A stretch of DNA of 64,000 bases, taken from positions 37,641-101,640 of the forward strand of contig JBAXSP010000001.1 in the NCBI GenBank assembly GCA_037130655.1. The letters run 5' to 3'. Below, piece after piece: positions 1 to 9,018 of this stretch. Position 1 is the stretch's first letter; each line of letters opens with the position of its first letter. The stretch is from a bacterium. Lineage in GTDB: Bacteria; Patescibacteriota; Minisyncoccia; Phycocordibacterales; UBA9973. The notes under the pieces were generated by a model, which did no database searches, was not told the DNA's origin, and saw only the letters and a program-made list of their open reading frames with translations. Made by a program: the position numbers and the translations under genes.

Positions 1-1
1 G

Positions 2-1303
2 AAAAAATCTACCGAAGAACATCCACTCCTCATCATCGGCACACCGAGTGCGGTTTGTTTCGATAGAAATGACACCGCATATATTGTCATCGAACACGAA
101 CGTTCTCGTGCATACAAAACATTATCATATCCATATATAGACTTGCGACTAGTACTCGAAGCCTATGCGCGCAAAGCTCATATCCCGTGTATCATCGGCG
201 ACTCATTGCTTCGCACCGAAACAATTGCTGAACGTGACAACTACGGACACATCGGACAAACATCACTTCGTCTGCCAGATTTATCAGAAATCAAAATTGA
301 AAGCCTGCGTGATGAAAACGACAAATTCAGTTTGATTTCAAAACCACTCAAAAAAGCACTCGGCCGTGTACAAGAAAATAACGAACATCTTATGTTGTTT
401 GTTCCACGCAAAGGACTGGCACCGATTACGGTCTGTAATGATTGCGGGACCACTGTTCGCTGTACGGGGTGTGATGCACCGCTCGTGCTCTATATGAAAG
501 GCAAAGACAATCGTATCTATAGCTGTAATCGTTGTGGTAATACCGAAGACGCAACAAAATCTTGTACACACTGTACCGGCTGGAATTTGGTCCCACTCGG
601 CATCGGCACAGAAACAGTCAAAGAATTTTTGAGTGATAGTTGCAAAGATGTACCGATTACTATTTTGGACAAAGATCATATCAGTTCAAAAAAAGATGGG
701 CAAAAAATAATAGAAGATTTTTATGCTTCACCATGTGGTATTTTGATTGCGACCGAATATGCGATTCCACTCATGCGTCAACCAATCGACAAAATCGCCA
801 TCGTTACGATGGATACGCTTTTTTCAATTCCACATTTTCGAATGGATGAAAGTATTGTTGGACTCATCATCGCATTGTCAGAACGAGCCAAAGCACCACT
901 TCTTATTCAAACAGACAAAATAGATGCAAAACTATTGTCACACATCAAAAGCGGTAACCTGACTGGTTGGCAAAGAGAAATTGTCGACGAACGAAAAATG
1001 CTAAGCTATCCACCATTCGTACATCTGATTACGATCAGACATCAAGGAAACAAAGTAGATACACAAAAATATAAGACATTGATCGAACGAGAATTTACTG
1101 ATTACAATCCGTACATTCACACCGTAACACTTTCAAAAGTAAAAGAATTGTACGAAACAACCGTCTTGATGAAAATAAAACGCAGTGAATGGCCGTCACT
1201 GACGAATGCAAAAGAAGATTTGCGTGAATTTCCCTTTTACCAAAAAGTCCAAGCCTTTACTCCTGCATACAAAGTAGAAATCAATCCGGATAGCATATTA
1301 TAA
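2..1303 (+). CDS. priA: Primosomal protein N' (PriA), 5'-truncated by window edge
   Basis: Frame is open from base 2 (LIIGTPSAVCF, YIVIEHERSRAYK). Four CxxC pairs, LGIGTE motif and C-terminal YPPF...INPDSIL. Confidence 0.9.
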   Translation, partial: KKSTEEHPLLIIGTPSAVCFDRNDTAYIVIEHERSRAYKTLSYPYIDLRLVLEAYARKAHIPCIIGDSLLRTETIAERDNYGHIGQTSLRLPDLSEIKIESLRDENDKFSLISKPLKKALGRVQENNEHLMLFVPRKGLAPITVCNDCGTTVRCTGCDAPLVLYMKGKDNRIYSCNRCGNTEDATKSCTHCTGWNLVPLGIGTETVKEFLSDSCKDVPITILDKDHISSKKDGQKIIEDFYASPCGILIATEYAIPLMRQPIDKIAIVTMDTLFSIPHFRMDESIVGLIIALSERAKAPLLIQTDKIDAKLLSHIKSGNLTGWQREIVDERKMLSYPPFVHLITIRHQGNKVDTQKYKTLIEREFTDYNPYIHTVTLSKVKELYETTVLMKIKRSEWPSLTNAKEDLREFPFYQKVQAFTPAYKVEINPDSIL

Positions 1304-1408
1304 TGACCAATTACTAATGACCGATGACCAATATTCGGAAAACACAGTCGGTTTTGCGAAGTAAAACCGACTGTGTTTTATTAGTCATTAGTCACTGGTC
1401 ACTAGTCA
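1304..1408. repeat. Inverted heptamer arrays (TGACYAA-like x4 / TTAGTCA-like x4) flanking a 17-bp hairpin
   Basis: TGACCAA TTACTAA TGACCGA TGACCAA at 1304-1331; hairpin 1339-1379; TTAGTCA TTAGTCA CTGGTCA CTAGTCA at 1381-1408. Confidence 0.9.
1339..1379 (+). terminator. Intrinsic terminator-like hairpin after priA
   Basis: AAAACACAGTCGGTTTT-GCGAAGT-AAAACCGACTGTGTTTT, a perfect inverted repeat. Confidence 0.7.
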
Positions 1409-1453
1409 TTATTTTTATTTGCACAAAATCCCATTTTGTGATATAAAAATCAT

Positions 1454-1690
1454 ATGGCAATAACAAATGTTGAAATAAAGAAAAATAACAACGAGAACGG
1501 AACAAGTACTATCCGTCGCTTTACTCGTAAAATGCAAGAAACAGAAATTGTAAAACTAGTAAAATCTCGTCGTTATGCGACTCGAAAGCCCTCTAAGCTT
1601 TCACTCAAGGATGGAGCTCTTAAGAAGATTGCAAAACGTGCAGTATATCAAAAGATGCAAAAATTGGGCAAAGTCATTCCAAAAAAATAA
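1454..1690 (+). CDS. rpsU: 30S ribosomal protein bS21
   Basis: Small basic protein; NEN..STIRRFTRK..R..KPS pattern of S21. Confidence 0.8.
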   Translation: MAITNVEIKKNNNENGTSTIRRFTRKMQETEIVKLVKSRRYATRKPSKLSLKDGALKKIAKRAVYQKMQKLGKVIPKK

Positions 1691-1695
1691 AGACA

Positions 1696-2109
1696 ATGGA
1701 TACGATTACGACTAACAACTTAGAAGTAATACGAATGACAAAAGGCAAGCTTCCCCGCTTGCCTTTTGCTAGTTTCAAGGAAAAAATCTTGGGCAAAAAA
1801 TATTCACTCACGATTGTTTTTGCAACACCGACACATATCCAAAACCTGAACAAACAATATCGACAAAAAGAATATGTTCCAAACGTACTTGCTTTTCCAC
1901 TCGATACAAATGCTGGAGAATTATATTTGTCACTCGGCACCATTCGCAAAGAAGCACAAAAACACGACTACACATACGAACAATTCATTGCATATTTACT
2001 TATCCACGGACTTCTTCATTTGAAAGGATACGATCACGGTAGTACAATGGATAACGAAGAGAATAAATTCAAAAAATTCTTCAACGTCACAGAGAAGTCG
2101 AAAAACTAA
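1696..2109 (+). CDS. ybeY: rRNA maturation RNase YbeY
   Basis: LNKQYR..NVLAFP and HGLLHLKGYDH metal-binding motif. Confidence 0.95.
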   Translation: MDTITTNNLEVIRMTKGKLPRLPFASFKEKILGKKYSLTIVFATPTHIQNLNKQYRQKEYVPNVLAFPLDTNAGELYLSLGTIRKEAQKHDYTYEQFIAYLLIHGLLHLKGYDHGSTMDNEENKFKKFFNVTEKSKN

Positions 2110-2167
2110 TTAACCTTTTTACAAGCAAGAATTACATCACTTTTGTAATTCCTAACAAAATCATTTG

Positions 2168-3328
2168 ATGAAGCAACTAATTGTCGGTATTGATATTGGA
2201 ACACATCTCACTCGTGTGACGGTATCCGCTACAACACGCGAAAATCCAGTACCACAGATCATTGGTTTCGGACAAGCTGAATCAAAAGGACTTCGTCACG
2301 GCTATATCGTCAATCCGCAAGATGCAACAATGAGCATCAAACAAGCGGTCTTGAATGCCGAAGAAAACACGAGTATCAAAATCAAAAAAGCTATCATTTC
2401 AATTGGTGGTATTAGTTTGTCGTCTGAATACGCAGTTGGTAGTGCTATCATCTCTCGTGCCGACAAAGAGATCTCTCCTATCGATATCAGTAATGCAATC
2501 AATGACAGTGAACAAAATTTGATTCTCACCAACAAACGTATTCTTCACCGTGTTCCGGTTGCTTACAAAGTTGATGGCAAATTGATTTCTGCGCGACCAG
2601 ATGGATTGAAAGGTATCAAACTCGAAGCAAAAGTATTGTTCGTCACTTGTTTGTCACAACACCTTGATGACTTACTTTCTGCAGTAACCAATGCTGGTAT
2701 TGAAGTAATGGACGTTGTCGCGAGTCCATTTGCAGCATCTTCTGTCACTCTTTCTTCAAAACAACGTACTGTCGGTAGTGTGCTCGTAGATATCGGATCT
2801 GAAACAGTGTCGATTGTGGTGTTTGAAAACGACATTCCTCTCACACTCCAAGTCTTCGGTATCGGCGGAGCTGAAATCACCAAAGACATTGCGCTCGGAT
2901 TCAAGATTCCATATGACGAAGCAGAAGGAATCAAAACAGGTTCTATTATGAGTGACCTGTCTCGCAAAAAATTGGATGAAATTATCCAAGCTCGACTCAC
3001 TGATATTTTTGAATTAGTCGATGCTCATTTGAAGAAAAATAAATGTAGCGGATTACTTGCGGGCGGTGCGGTGATTATGGGAGGTGGTGCACAATATCCA
3101 TACATCGAACAATTGGGCAAAGATATTTTGCGATTACCAGTCAAACTCGCTGATCCGGATATTTGGGGTAGTTCAAAAAATAGATTACGCGATTCATCGT
3201 GGTTTATCTCTGCAGGACTTTGTACTGGAATGTTTGGAAGTGGTGTAGATATGGAAGTAGACAATACTTCATTTATCCAAACAATCAAAAAGTTGTGGAA
3301 GAATGTTGTGCATCAGTTGATGCCATAA
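2168..3328 (+). CDS. ftsA: Cell division protein FtsA
   Basis: VGIDIGT and VDIGSETV actin-fold motifs; upstream of ftsZ. Confidence 0.95.
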   Translation: MKQLIVGIDIGTHLTRVTVSATTRENPVPQIIGFGQAESKGLRHGYIVNPQDATMSIKQAVLNAEENTSIKIKKAIISIGGISLSSEYAVGSAIISRADKEISPIDISNAINDSEQNLILTNKRILHRVPVAYKVDGKLISARPDGLKGIKLEAKVLFVTCLSQHLDDLLSAVTNAGIEVMDVVASPFAASSVTLSSKQRTVGSVLVDIGSETVSIVVFENDIPLTLQVFGIGGAEITKDIALGFKIPYDEAEGIKTGSIMSDLSRKKLDEIIQARLTDIFELVDAHLKKNKCSGLLAGGAVIMGGGAQYPYIEQLGKDILRLPVKLADPDIWGSSKNRLRDSSWFISAGLCTGMFGSGVDMEVDNTSFIQTIKKLWKNVVHQLMP

Positions 3329-3371
3329 AACAAAAGAGGCGGAACACTTCGTGTTCCGCCTCTTTTGTTTT
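3327..3371 (+). terminator. Hairpin terminator after ftsA
   Basis: AAAACAAAAGAGGCGGAACAC-TTC-GTGTTCCGCCTCTTTTGTTTT. Confidence 0.75.
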
Positions 3372-3519
3372 TACTACACCTTAGCATCAAGAAGTGTTGT
3401 TTGGCCGATTTTTATATGATAAAAATCGGCCCTGTCAACATTGTTCCATTTTCTCTGGCGTTGGTATATACTCTCTTTGCACATGCCCTGTGCCTTACCC
3501 GTAATCTATATAAGAATGT

Positions 3520-4719
3520 ATGCCTAGACTAAACCCAGACGTAGAATCATTCATCCGAATCAAAGTGATCGGTGTTGGTGGTTCTGGAAAAAACGCATTG
3601 AACCATATGATCAATTCCAAAATCAAAGGAGTTGACTTCATTGCGATGAACACTGATACCCAAGACCTTCACAACTCACTCGCTGAAGCCAAAATTCATA
3701 TCGGGAAAAACTTGACCAAAGGACAAGGTGCCGGAATGAATCCAGATGTTGGACGCCGAGCAGCCGAAGAAACCAAAGCTGAAATTCAAGATGTCATCAA
3801 AGGTGCACATATGGTATTTATCGCTTCTGGTATGGGAGGTGGAACCGGAACAGGCGCAGCACCAATCGTTGCAAAAGCAGCAAAAGAACAGGGCATTCTC
3901 ACTGTGGCTGTTGTCACAAAACCATTTTCATTCGAAGGTAATCAAAGAATGAGACTCGCAGAACAAGGTATTGCAGAACTCGAAAAAGAAGTTGATGCAA
4001 TCATTGTTATTCCAAACGACCGATTGCTTTCAATCGCTTCAAAAGATATGGGATTCAAACAAGCATTTGCTATGTGTGATGAAGTGCTTCGACAAGCAGT
4101 TGAAGGTATTTCTGACCTCATTACAATTCCTGGTCAATTGAACCTCGACTTCGCTGATATCTGTGCAGTCCTTCGTGACGCAGGAACAGCACTCATTGGT
4201 GTTGGTACTGCTGGTGGTGAAGACCGCGCACGCAAAGCCGCACTTGATGCGATCAATTCCCCACTCCTTGATATTTCTATCAACGGTGCACGTGGTGTAT
4301 TGCTTTCTATTGCAGGTGGCGACGATCTAGGAATTCTCGAAATCAATGAGGCAGCCAAAATCGTTACTGAATCTGTCGACAAAGATGCGAAAGTTATCTT
4401 CGGTACAACATTTGATGATCGTTTGAAAAAAGGCGAAATCAAAATCACTGTCATCGCAACTGGTTTTCCAGTAGACACTCCTCGCAAATCTTTGTTTGAA
4501 AGAAATGCAAGTCCTGTGCAACAACAGCAACAACCTGTTCAAAAAGTAGAACAACGTACAGAAAGTACTTTCCCTATCAAAAAAGAAATTCACGAAACAG
4601 CTCCAACAGAAGGACTTCTTCGCAAAGCAGACAATGAAATTCCAACAGAAGAAACTGATGAAATCACTGACGAAGATGACTGGGGAACAATTCCAGCATT
4701 TCTCCGAAGAAAGAAGTAG
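3520..4719 (+). CDS. ftsZ: Cell division protein FtsZ
   Basis: GMGGGTGTG tubulin signature; C-terminal IPAFLRRKK. Confidence 0.98.
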   Translation: MPRLNPDVESFIRIKVIGVGGSGKNALNHMINSKIKGVDFIAMNTDTQDLHNSLAEAKIHIGKNLTKGQGAGMNPDVGRRAAEETKAEIQDVIKGAHMVFIASGMGGGTGTGAAPIVAKAAKEQGILTVAVVTKPFSFEGNQRMRLAEQGIAELEKEVDAIIVIPNDRLLSIASKDMGFKQAFAMCDEVLRQAVEGISDLITIPGQLNLDFADICAVLRDAGTALIGVGTAGGEDRARKAALDAINSPLLDISINGARGVLLSIAGGDDLGILEINEAAKIVTESVDKDAKVIFGTTFDDRLKKGEIKITVIATGFPVDTPRKSLFERNASPVQQQQQPVQKVEQRTESTFPIKKEIHETAPTEGLLRKADNEIPTEETDEITDEDDWGTIPAFLRRKK

Positions 4720-4835
4720 AAGCTAGCTACTAGCATTTAGCTTCTAGCGACTAGCTAAAACAAAAAGAGCGACAACCGAAGGTTGTCGCTCTTTTTGTTT
4801 CGATACACTAGCAACTAGTCACTAGAAACTAGAAC
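4716..4835. repeat. CTAGnnn heptamer arrays flanking a 20-bp hairpin
   Basis: GTAGAAG CTAGCTA CTAGCAT TTAGCTT CTAGCGA CTAGCTA (4716-4757); hairpin 4758-4800; CTAGCAA CTAGTCA CTAGAAA CTAGAAC (4808-4835). Confidence 0.9.
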
Positions 4836-4863
4836 CTAAAAATTTCGTGCTATAATTTTTTCT

Positions 4864-5817
4864 ATGCAAACAAACACTACTACAAATACAACTATCTATG
4901 ACTTAGCCATTGTCGGTGGCGGACCTGCTGGTTGTGCAGGTGCAGTATATGCAGCCCGTAAACGGCTCAAAACAGTCTTTCTAACGTCAGAATGGGGCGG
5001 ACAGTCTGTTGTATCCGAAGGTATCGAAAACTGGATAGGAACGCCAGTTATTTCAGGTGCCGACTTGGCCAAAAGTCTCCGTGAACACGTAGAAAAATAC
5101 GATGGCGACTATTTACACATCGTCTCACCTACTTGGGTCAAAACAATTTCAAAAACAGACGGAGGTTTCCAAATTGAACACTCAAAGGGCGAGATTATCA
5201 CTGCCAAAAGTATTTTGATTGCTACTGGTTCAGGGCGTCGCAAACTCGAAGCCAAAGGTGCAGATATATTTGAACACAAAGGACTGACCTATTGCGCAAG
5301 TTGTGACGGGCCACTCTTTGCTGATCAACCAGTTGCGGTCCTCGGCGGAGGAAATGCCGCATTCGAATCCGCAGCTCAGTTGCTCGCCTACTGCTCGCAT
5401 GTATATCTGATCCACCGAAGCAATGACTTCCGTGCTGATCAAATCACGATTGATAAATTGAAGACCAATCCAAAACTCACCATCATCACCAATGCCGATG
5501 TGACTGAAATCACTGGCGACAAATTTGTTGAAGGATTGTCATATCTCGACAAGACGACAAACGAACAAAAAGAACTCACGGTCTCTGGAGTGTTCGTAGA
5601 AATCGGCCAAATTCCAAATACTGATATTGTGAAGGGGTTAGTCGACATCGACAGTCACGGAAAAATCGTCATTGATCCGTGGACTGGCATGTCATCAGTT
5701 GCAGGTATCTGGGGCGCGGGAGATTGTACCAACATCCGCTATCACCAAAACAACATTGCCACAGGTGAAGCGGTCAAAGCTTTAGAAGATATCTATCAGT
5801 GGTTGCATAAGCAGTAA
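4864..5817 (+). CDS. trxB: Thioredoxin-disulfide reductase family FAD oxidoreductase
   Basis: GGGPAG FAD motif, CASCDG redox motif, GGGNAA NAD(P)H motif, AGDC. Confidence 0.85.
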   Translation: MQTNTTTNTTIYDLAIVGGGPAGCAGAVYAARKRLKTVFLTSEWGGQSVVSEGIENWIGTPVISGADLAKSLREHVEKYDGDYLHIVSPTWVKTISKTDGGFQIEHSKGEIITAKSILIATGSGRRKLEAKGADIFEHKGLTYCASCDGPLFADQPVAVLGGGNAAFESAAQLLAYCSHVYLIHRSNDFRADQITIDKLKTNPKLTIITNADVTEITGDKFVEGLSYLDKTTNEQKELTVSGVFVEIGQIPNTDIVKGLVDIDSHGKIVIDPWTGMSSVAGIWGAGDCTNIRYHQNNIATGEAVKALEDIYQWLHKQ

Positions 5818-5829
5818 ATACAAATAGTT

Positions 5830-5862
5830 AAGCGGCGGAACACTTCGTGTTCCGCCGCTTTT
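5830..5862 (+). terminator. Hairpin terminator after trxB
   Basis: AAGCGGCGGAACAC-TTC-GTGTTCCGCCGCTT followed by T tract. Confidence 0.75.
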
Positions 5863-5923
5863 ATTGTCAGGCAACACTTTTTATGTTACAGTGTTTCCGG
5901 AATAAAAATTAAATATAATACAT

Positions 5924-6421
5924 ATGTTTTACGCAATAGACAAAACAACTGGCGTCATCAGAAAAATGAACGACAAGAAAGAATTTGCTCCGTTTGATCA
6001 ATACAAAAATAATGTAAATGAAAATACTGTATTGGTTTCAGTGGTTGGTAAAAATAAACTCGCAAAGGTTATGCAAAATGTCATCGAAATACATGCGTAT
6101 GACCTCAAGGCATCGCAACGCATGATGCATCTTATTATTACCATTGGCGAGGAAAGATTCATCAAATTCAATACGAACTTGAAAATGATTCCCTCAAGCG
6201 AGGCCTTGGATTTACTGCTTCCCAATATGGAACCGTTACATTTTCTCAAAATGCTTTGCGATATTGAAAAAGAATATTCGGCAGATGAAAAGATTGACCA
6301 TACTCCGTGGTTGGAAGGTTTCCTCGAAAGACAACATCAAAACTCAAAAATAAAAACTTGGGGAAATGTTATAGGAAAAACACCACAGATGTTTAACGAT
6401 TCGAAAAACGACGCCGATTAA
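5924..6421 (+). CDS. Hypothetical protein
   Basis: 165-aa ORF with upstream TTGTCA-N17-TACAGT and downstream hairpin. Confidence 0.65.
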   Translation: MFYAIDKTTGVIRKMNDKKEFAPFDQYKNNVNENTVLVSVVGKNKLAKVMQNVIEIHAYDLKASQRMMHLIITIGEERFIKFNTNLKMIPSSEALDLLLPNMEPLHFLKMLCDIEKEYSADEKIDHTPWLEGFLERQHQNSKIKTWGNVIGKTPQMFNDSKNDAD

Positions 6422-6522
6422 AACAAAAAAAACTCCCTTAAAAAAGGAGTTTTTATTTTTTAGATATTTGCAAAAATTGGGAAAAATGTTATATTATCTT
6501 TGTTATTTTAACGACAAAAGAC

Positions 6523-6597
6523 GGCCCCATCGTCTAATGGTTAGGACAACGGGTTTTCAATCCGTTAACCGGAGTTCGACTCTCCGTGGGGTCACCA
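6523..6597 (+). tRNA. tRNA-Glu(TTC)
   Basis: GGCCCCA/TGGGGTC acceptor, ACGGG-TTTTCAA-TCCGT anticodon arm, GTTCGAC T-loop, encoded CCA. Confidence 0.95.
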
Positions 6598-6753
6598 CGA
6601 CAAAAAATCCCAACTGCTTGGGATTTTTTGCTACGTGGTGAAGGCGCAGTGTTGCGTTTTGGAGCACTACGACAAAATGCCACGAGCCGGGGTCGCGAAC
6701 ACTTATGTCCACGCAGTTTACAGAGTAAACGAGTAGACTTAGTGATTCGTGAC
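6598..6753 (+). other. tRNA-associated structured element, copy 1 (partial)
   Basis: Hairpin, then TGGTGA (antisense of tRNA 3' end), then core GAGCCGGGGTCGCGAACACTTA...TTAGTGATTCGTGAC shared with copies at 16641 and 46593. Confidence 0.8.
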
Positions 6754-6804
6754 ACAACAGATAAAAAAGAGTAGAATTACTTTTATAAAATTATTTTTAG
6801 AAAA

Positions 6805-7452
6805 ATGAGTCCAACAGAAGTATTTAAATCAATAGGATCTTTAAAAATATCTCACCCTTTTCGAGATATTATTGTTCTTATATATGGCATCGGCGCAATT
6901 TTAATATTTCAATATTTATCTATTTTTCAAACATCTGATTATATTCCTAAAAATTTAAATAGAATAGAGTTTGATTTATTTTTTTTAGTTATCGGGTTTA
7001 TTTTAGGTAAACTACTACTAATAATAAGTGATTTAATTTTTTCTATTGAATCAAAAATATTAAGACTACTTTCATCAAACCCCAAAATAGATAAAAAAAC
7101 CTTAAGTAGTCTAAAAATAAACATATTTCGTATTTTAAATAATTTTTTGATTGACAAAAAATATGAAAATATTAGACAAACAGATGTTGAGCACGAAATT
7201 ACAATAGCTGATAAAGCCGAATTAATTCAAAAATATCCTGATTTACACCATGAGTCAGAAAGAATTATTTATTTATTATTTTTTATAAGAATTGCAGTAG
7301 CTGTAACTTTGTTTATCTCCTTTTTTTATTCCTGGAAATTTATTTACTTATTTTTAATCTTTCTGTTGATTTGGCATAAAAACAAAAATGAGCTTATTTA
7401 TAATGATCATTTAATGTATAGATCTATTGTAAAGTCTAAAATAGTAAAATAA
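6805..7452 (+). CDS. Hypothetical membrane protein (very AT-rich)
   Basis: 215-aa ORF with about four hydrophobic segments. Confidence 0.7.
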   Translation: MSPTEVFKSIGSLKISHPFRDIIVLIYGIGAILIFQYLSIFQTSDYIPKNLNRIEFDLFFLVIGFILGKLLLIISDLIFSIESKILRLLSSNPKIDKKTLSSLKINIFRILNNFLIDKKYENIRQTDVEHEITIADKAELIQKYPDLHHESERIIYLLFFIRIAVAVTLFISFFYSWKFIYLFLIFLLIWHKNKNELIYNDHLMYRSIVKSKIVK

Positions 7453-7459
7453 TTACGTT

Positions 7460-8317
7460 ATGAAAAAATGGTCTCGAAAAATTGGAATGGCAGTCGTTTT
7501 GGTATTTGCCGTAATCGGTATCGTCTTTACGGCGGTTTTTGTCGGCATGCAATTGGGACTAACCAATGTCCGCGGTAGTAGCAAAGATCGCAATGCATCA
7601 TTTGGCAAAGTGCCGACTATCACCACAGAAAACGAATGTATTAAAAATGACGCCGGCAAAGCTCCGCTTGCTTGTGCGTGGAACGAAACGACTGAATGGG
7701 AAGTCGTCAAAGGCGGATTGACCAAAGATGAATTGGTTATCAAAAAAGTCGCCGAACAAACCGGTGTGAATCCGCGAATGATTGCATCAGTGGTCACTCC
7801 TGAACAACTACGCTATTTCACCGCCAACAGAGAAAGTTTCAAAAAATATTTTGAACCACTCAAGATTTTGAGTTCCCTCACCAAATTCTCTTTGGGTATT
7901 TCTGGTATCAAACAAGATACTGCTCGTGATATCGAGAATTTCGCCAATGACCCTACTTCAGATTTTTATCCAGGAGAAGGAATGGCAGATTTGATTGCAT
8001 ATGACGCAGGTGCAAACAAAGACCAGGTCTTGTACGACCGTCTGACCAATTCACACGATCACTACTATTCATATCTCTACACCGCACTCTTCATCAAAGA
8101 AATCGAAGCACAGTGGGCAAAAGCCGGATTTGATATCAAAGACAATCCAGAAGTCGTCGTAACGTTATTCAACATCGGATTCAAGGCATCACATCCAAAT
8201 GCAGATCCGAAAATTGCTGGCTCAACTATTACCATCGGTGGAACCAATTATTCTTTTGGCAAACTCGGCACACTCTTTTATCGCAGTGATGAATTAACCG
8301 ACATTTTCCCACGTTAA
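7460..8317 (+). CDS. Membrane-anchored exported protein, possibly DUF1402/lysozyme-like fold
   Basis: N-terminal TM helix; PEQLR, SLGISGIK and TLFNIG motifs reminiscent of lytic transglycosylase-like folds (inference). Confidence 0.6.
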   Translation: MKKWSRKIGMAVVLVFAVIGIVFTAVFVGMQLGLTNVRGSSKDRNASFGKVPTITTENECIKNDAGKAPLACAWNETTEWEVVKGGLTKDELVIKKVAEQTGVNPRMIASVVTPEQLRYFTANRESFKKYFEPLKILSSLTKFSLGISGIKQDTARDIENFANDPTSDFYPGEGMADLIAYDAGANKDQVLYDRLTNSHDHYYSYLYTALFIKEIEAQWAKAGFDIKDNPEVVVTLFNIGFKASHPNADPKIAGSTITIGGTNYSFGKLGTLFYRSDELTDIFPR

Positions 8318-8349
8318 ATTTGAGCAAAGAAAAAGCCCCTGTTGGGGCT

Positions 8350-8775
8350 TTAGTTTTGTGCAACCGGATTTTGATTAGGTAATTGAAAATAAAACGGAAT
8401 TTCTTCGTCGCCAGTACTTTCATCAAAAAATGATCCGTATACATCATACTGATCAAGTAAATTTATTTTTTTTACCAATGATGTTATTTCATCTTCAAAA
8501 AATGGATGAAAAGAAAATACAACCGAATTGATTTTTTCTTCCTCAAAAAATGACTGTATTTCTGATTCAAAGTATTTGATATCCTTCATCCATTTATCTA
8601 TCTTTTTATCAAAAGAAGCGTAATCTAAATAATAAAAATCAATACTTTTTTTCTCGATTTCCGATTCAATAATACCTTTTATTCTGTTATCAATCATACA
8701 AAGTATTGAACAAGAATTTGTAAGGAAATCAGGGACAATGTCGAGCATTGGACAGAGTAATATTATTTTTTTCAT
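8350..8775 (-). CDS. Hypothetical protein
   Basis: 141-aa AT-rich ORF with own promoter-like sequence and hairpin at 8332-8350. Confidence 0.6.
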   Translation of the reverse strand: MKKIILLCPMLDIVPDFLTNSCSILCMIDNRIKGIIESEIEKKSIDFYYLDYASFDKKIDKWMKDIKYFESEIQSFFEEEKINSVVFSFHPFFEDEITSLVKKINLLDQYDVYGSFFDESTGDEEIPFYFQLPNQNPVAQN

Positions 8776-8930
8776 TGAGCCTATATGTTTTAAACCTTAC
8801 TAACAATACTCCTTTTTAATAAAATTGTCACATCTTCCAAAAATCAGCTTTTTGAGGTATTATTTTGATGTTGCATTATCGCGCAACAAAGCGAGTGATT
8901 ATGCTGTTTTGGTAGATAACGTAATAGAGC

Positions 8931-9003
8931 GAGCGATTAGCTCAGTTGGTAGAGCGTCTCATTGACGTTGAGAAGGCCACAGATTCGAATTCTGTATCGC
9001 TCA
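8931..9003 (+). tRNA. tRNA-Val(GAC)
   Basis: GAGCGAT/ATCGCTC acceptor, TCTCA-TTGACGT-TGAGA anticodon arm, TTCGAAT T-loop; CCA not encoded. Confidence 0.93.
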
Positions 9004-9018
9004 CAAAAAAAAACCACC

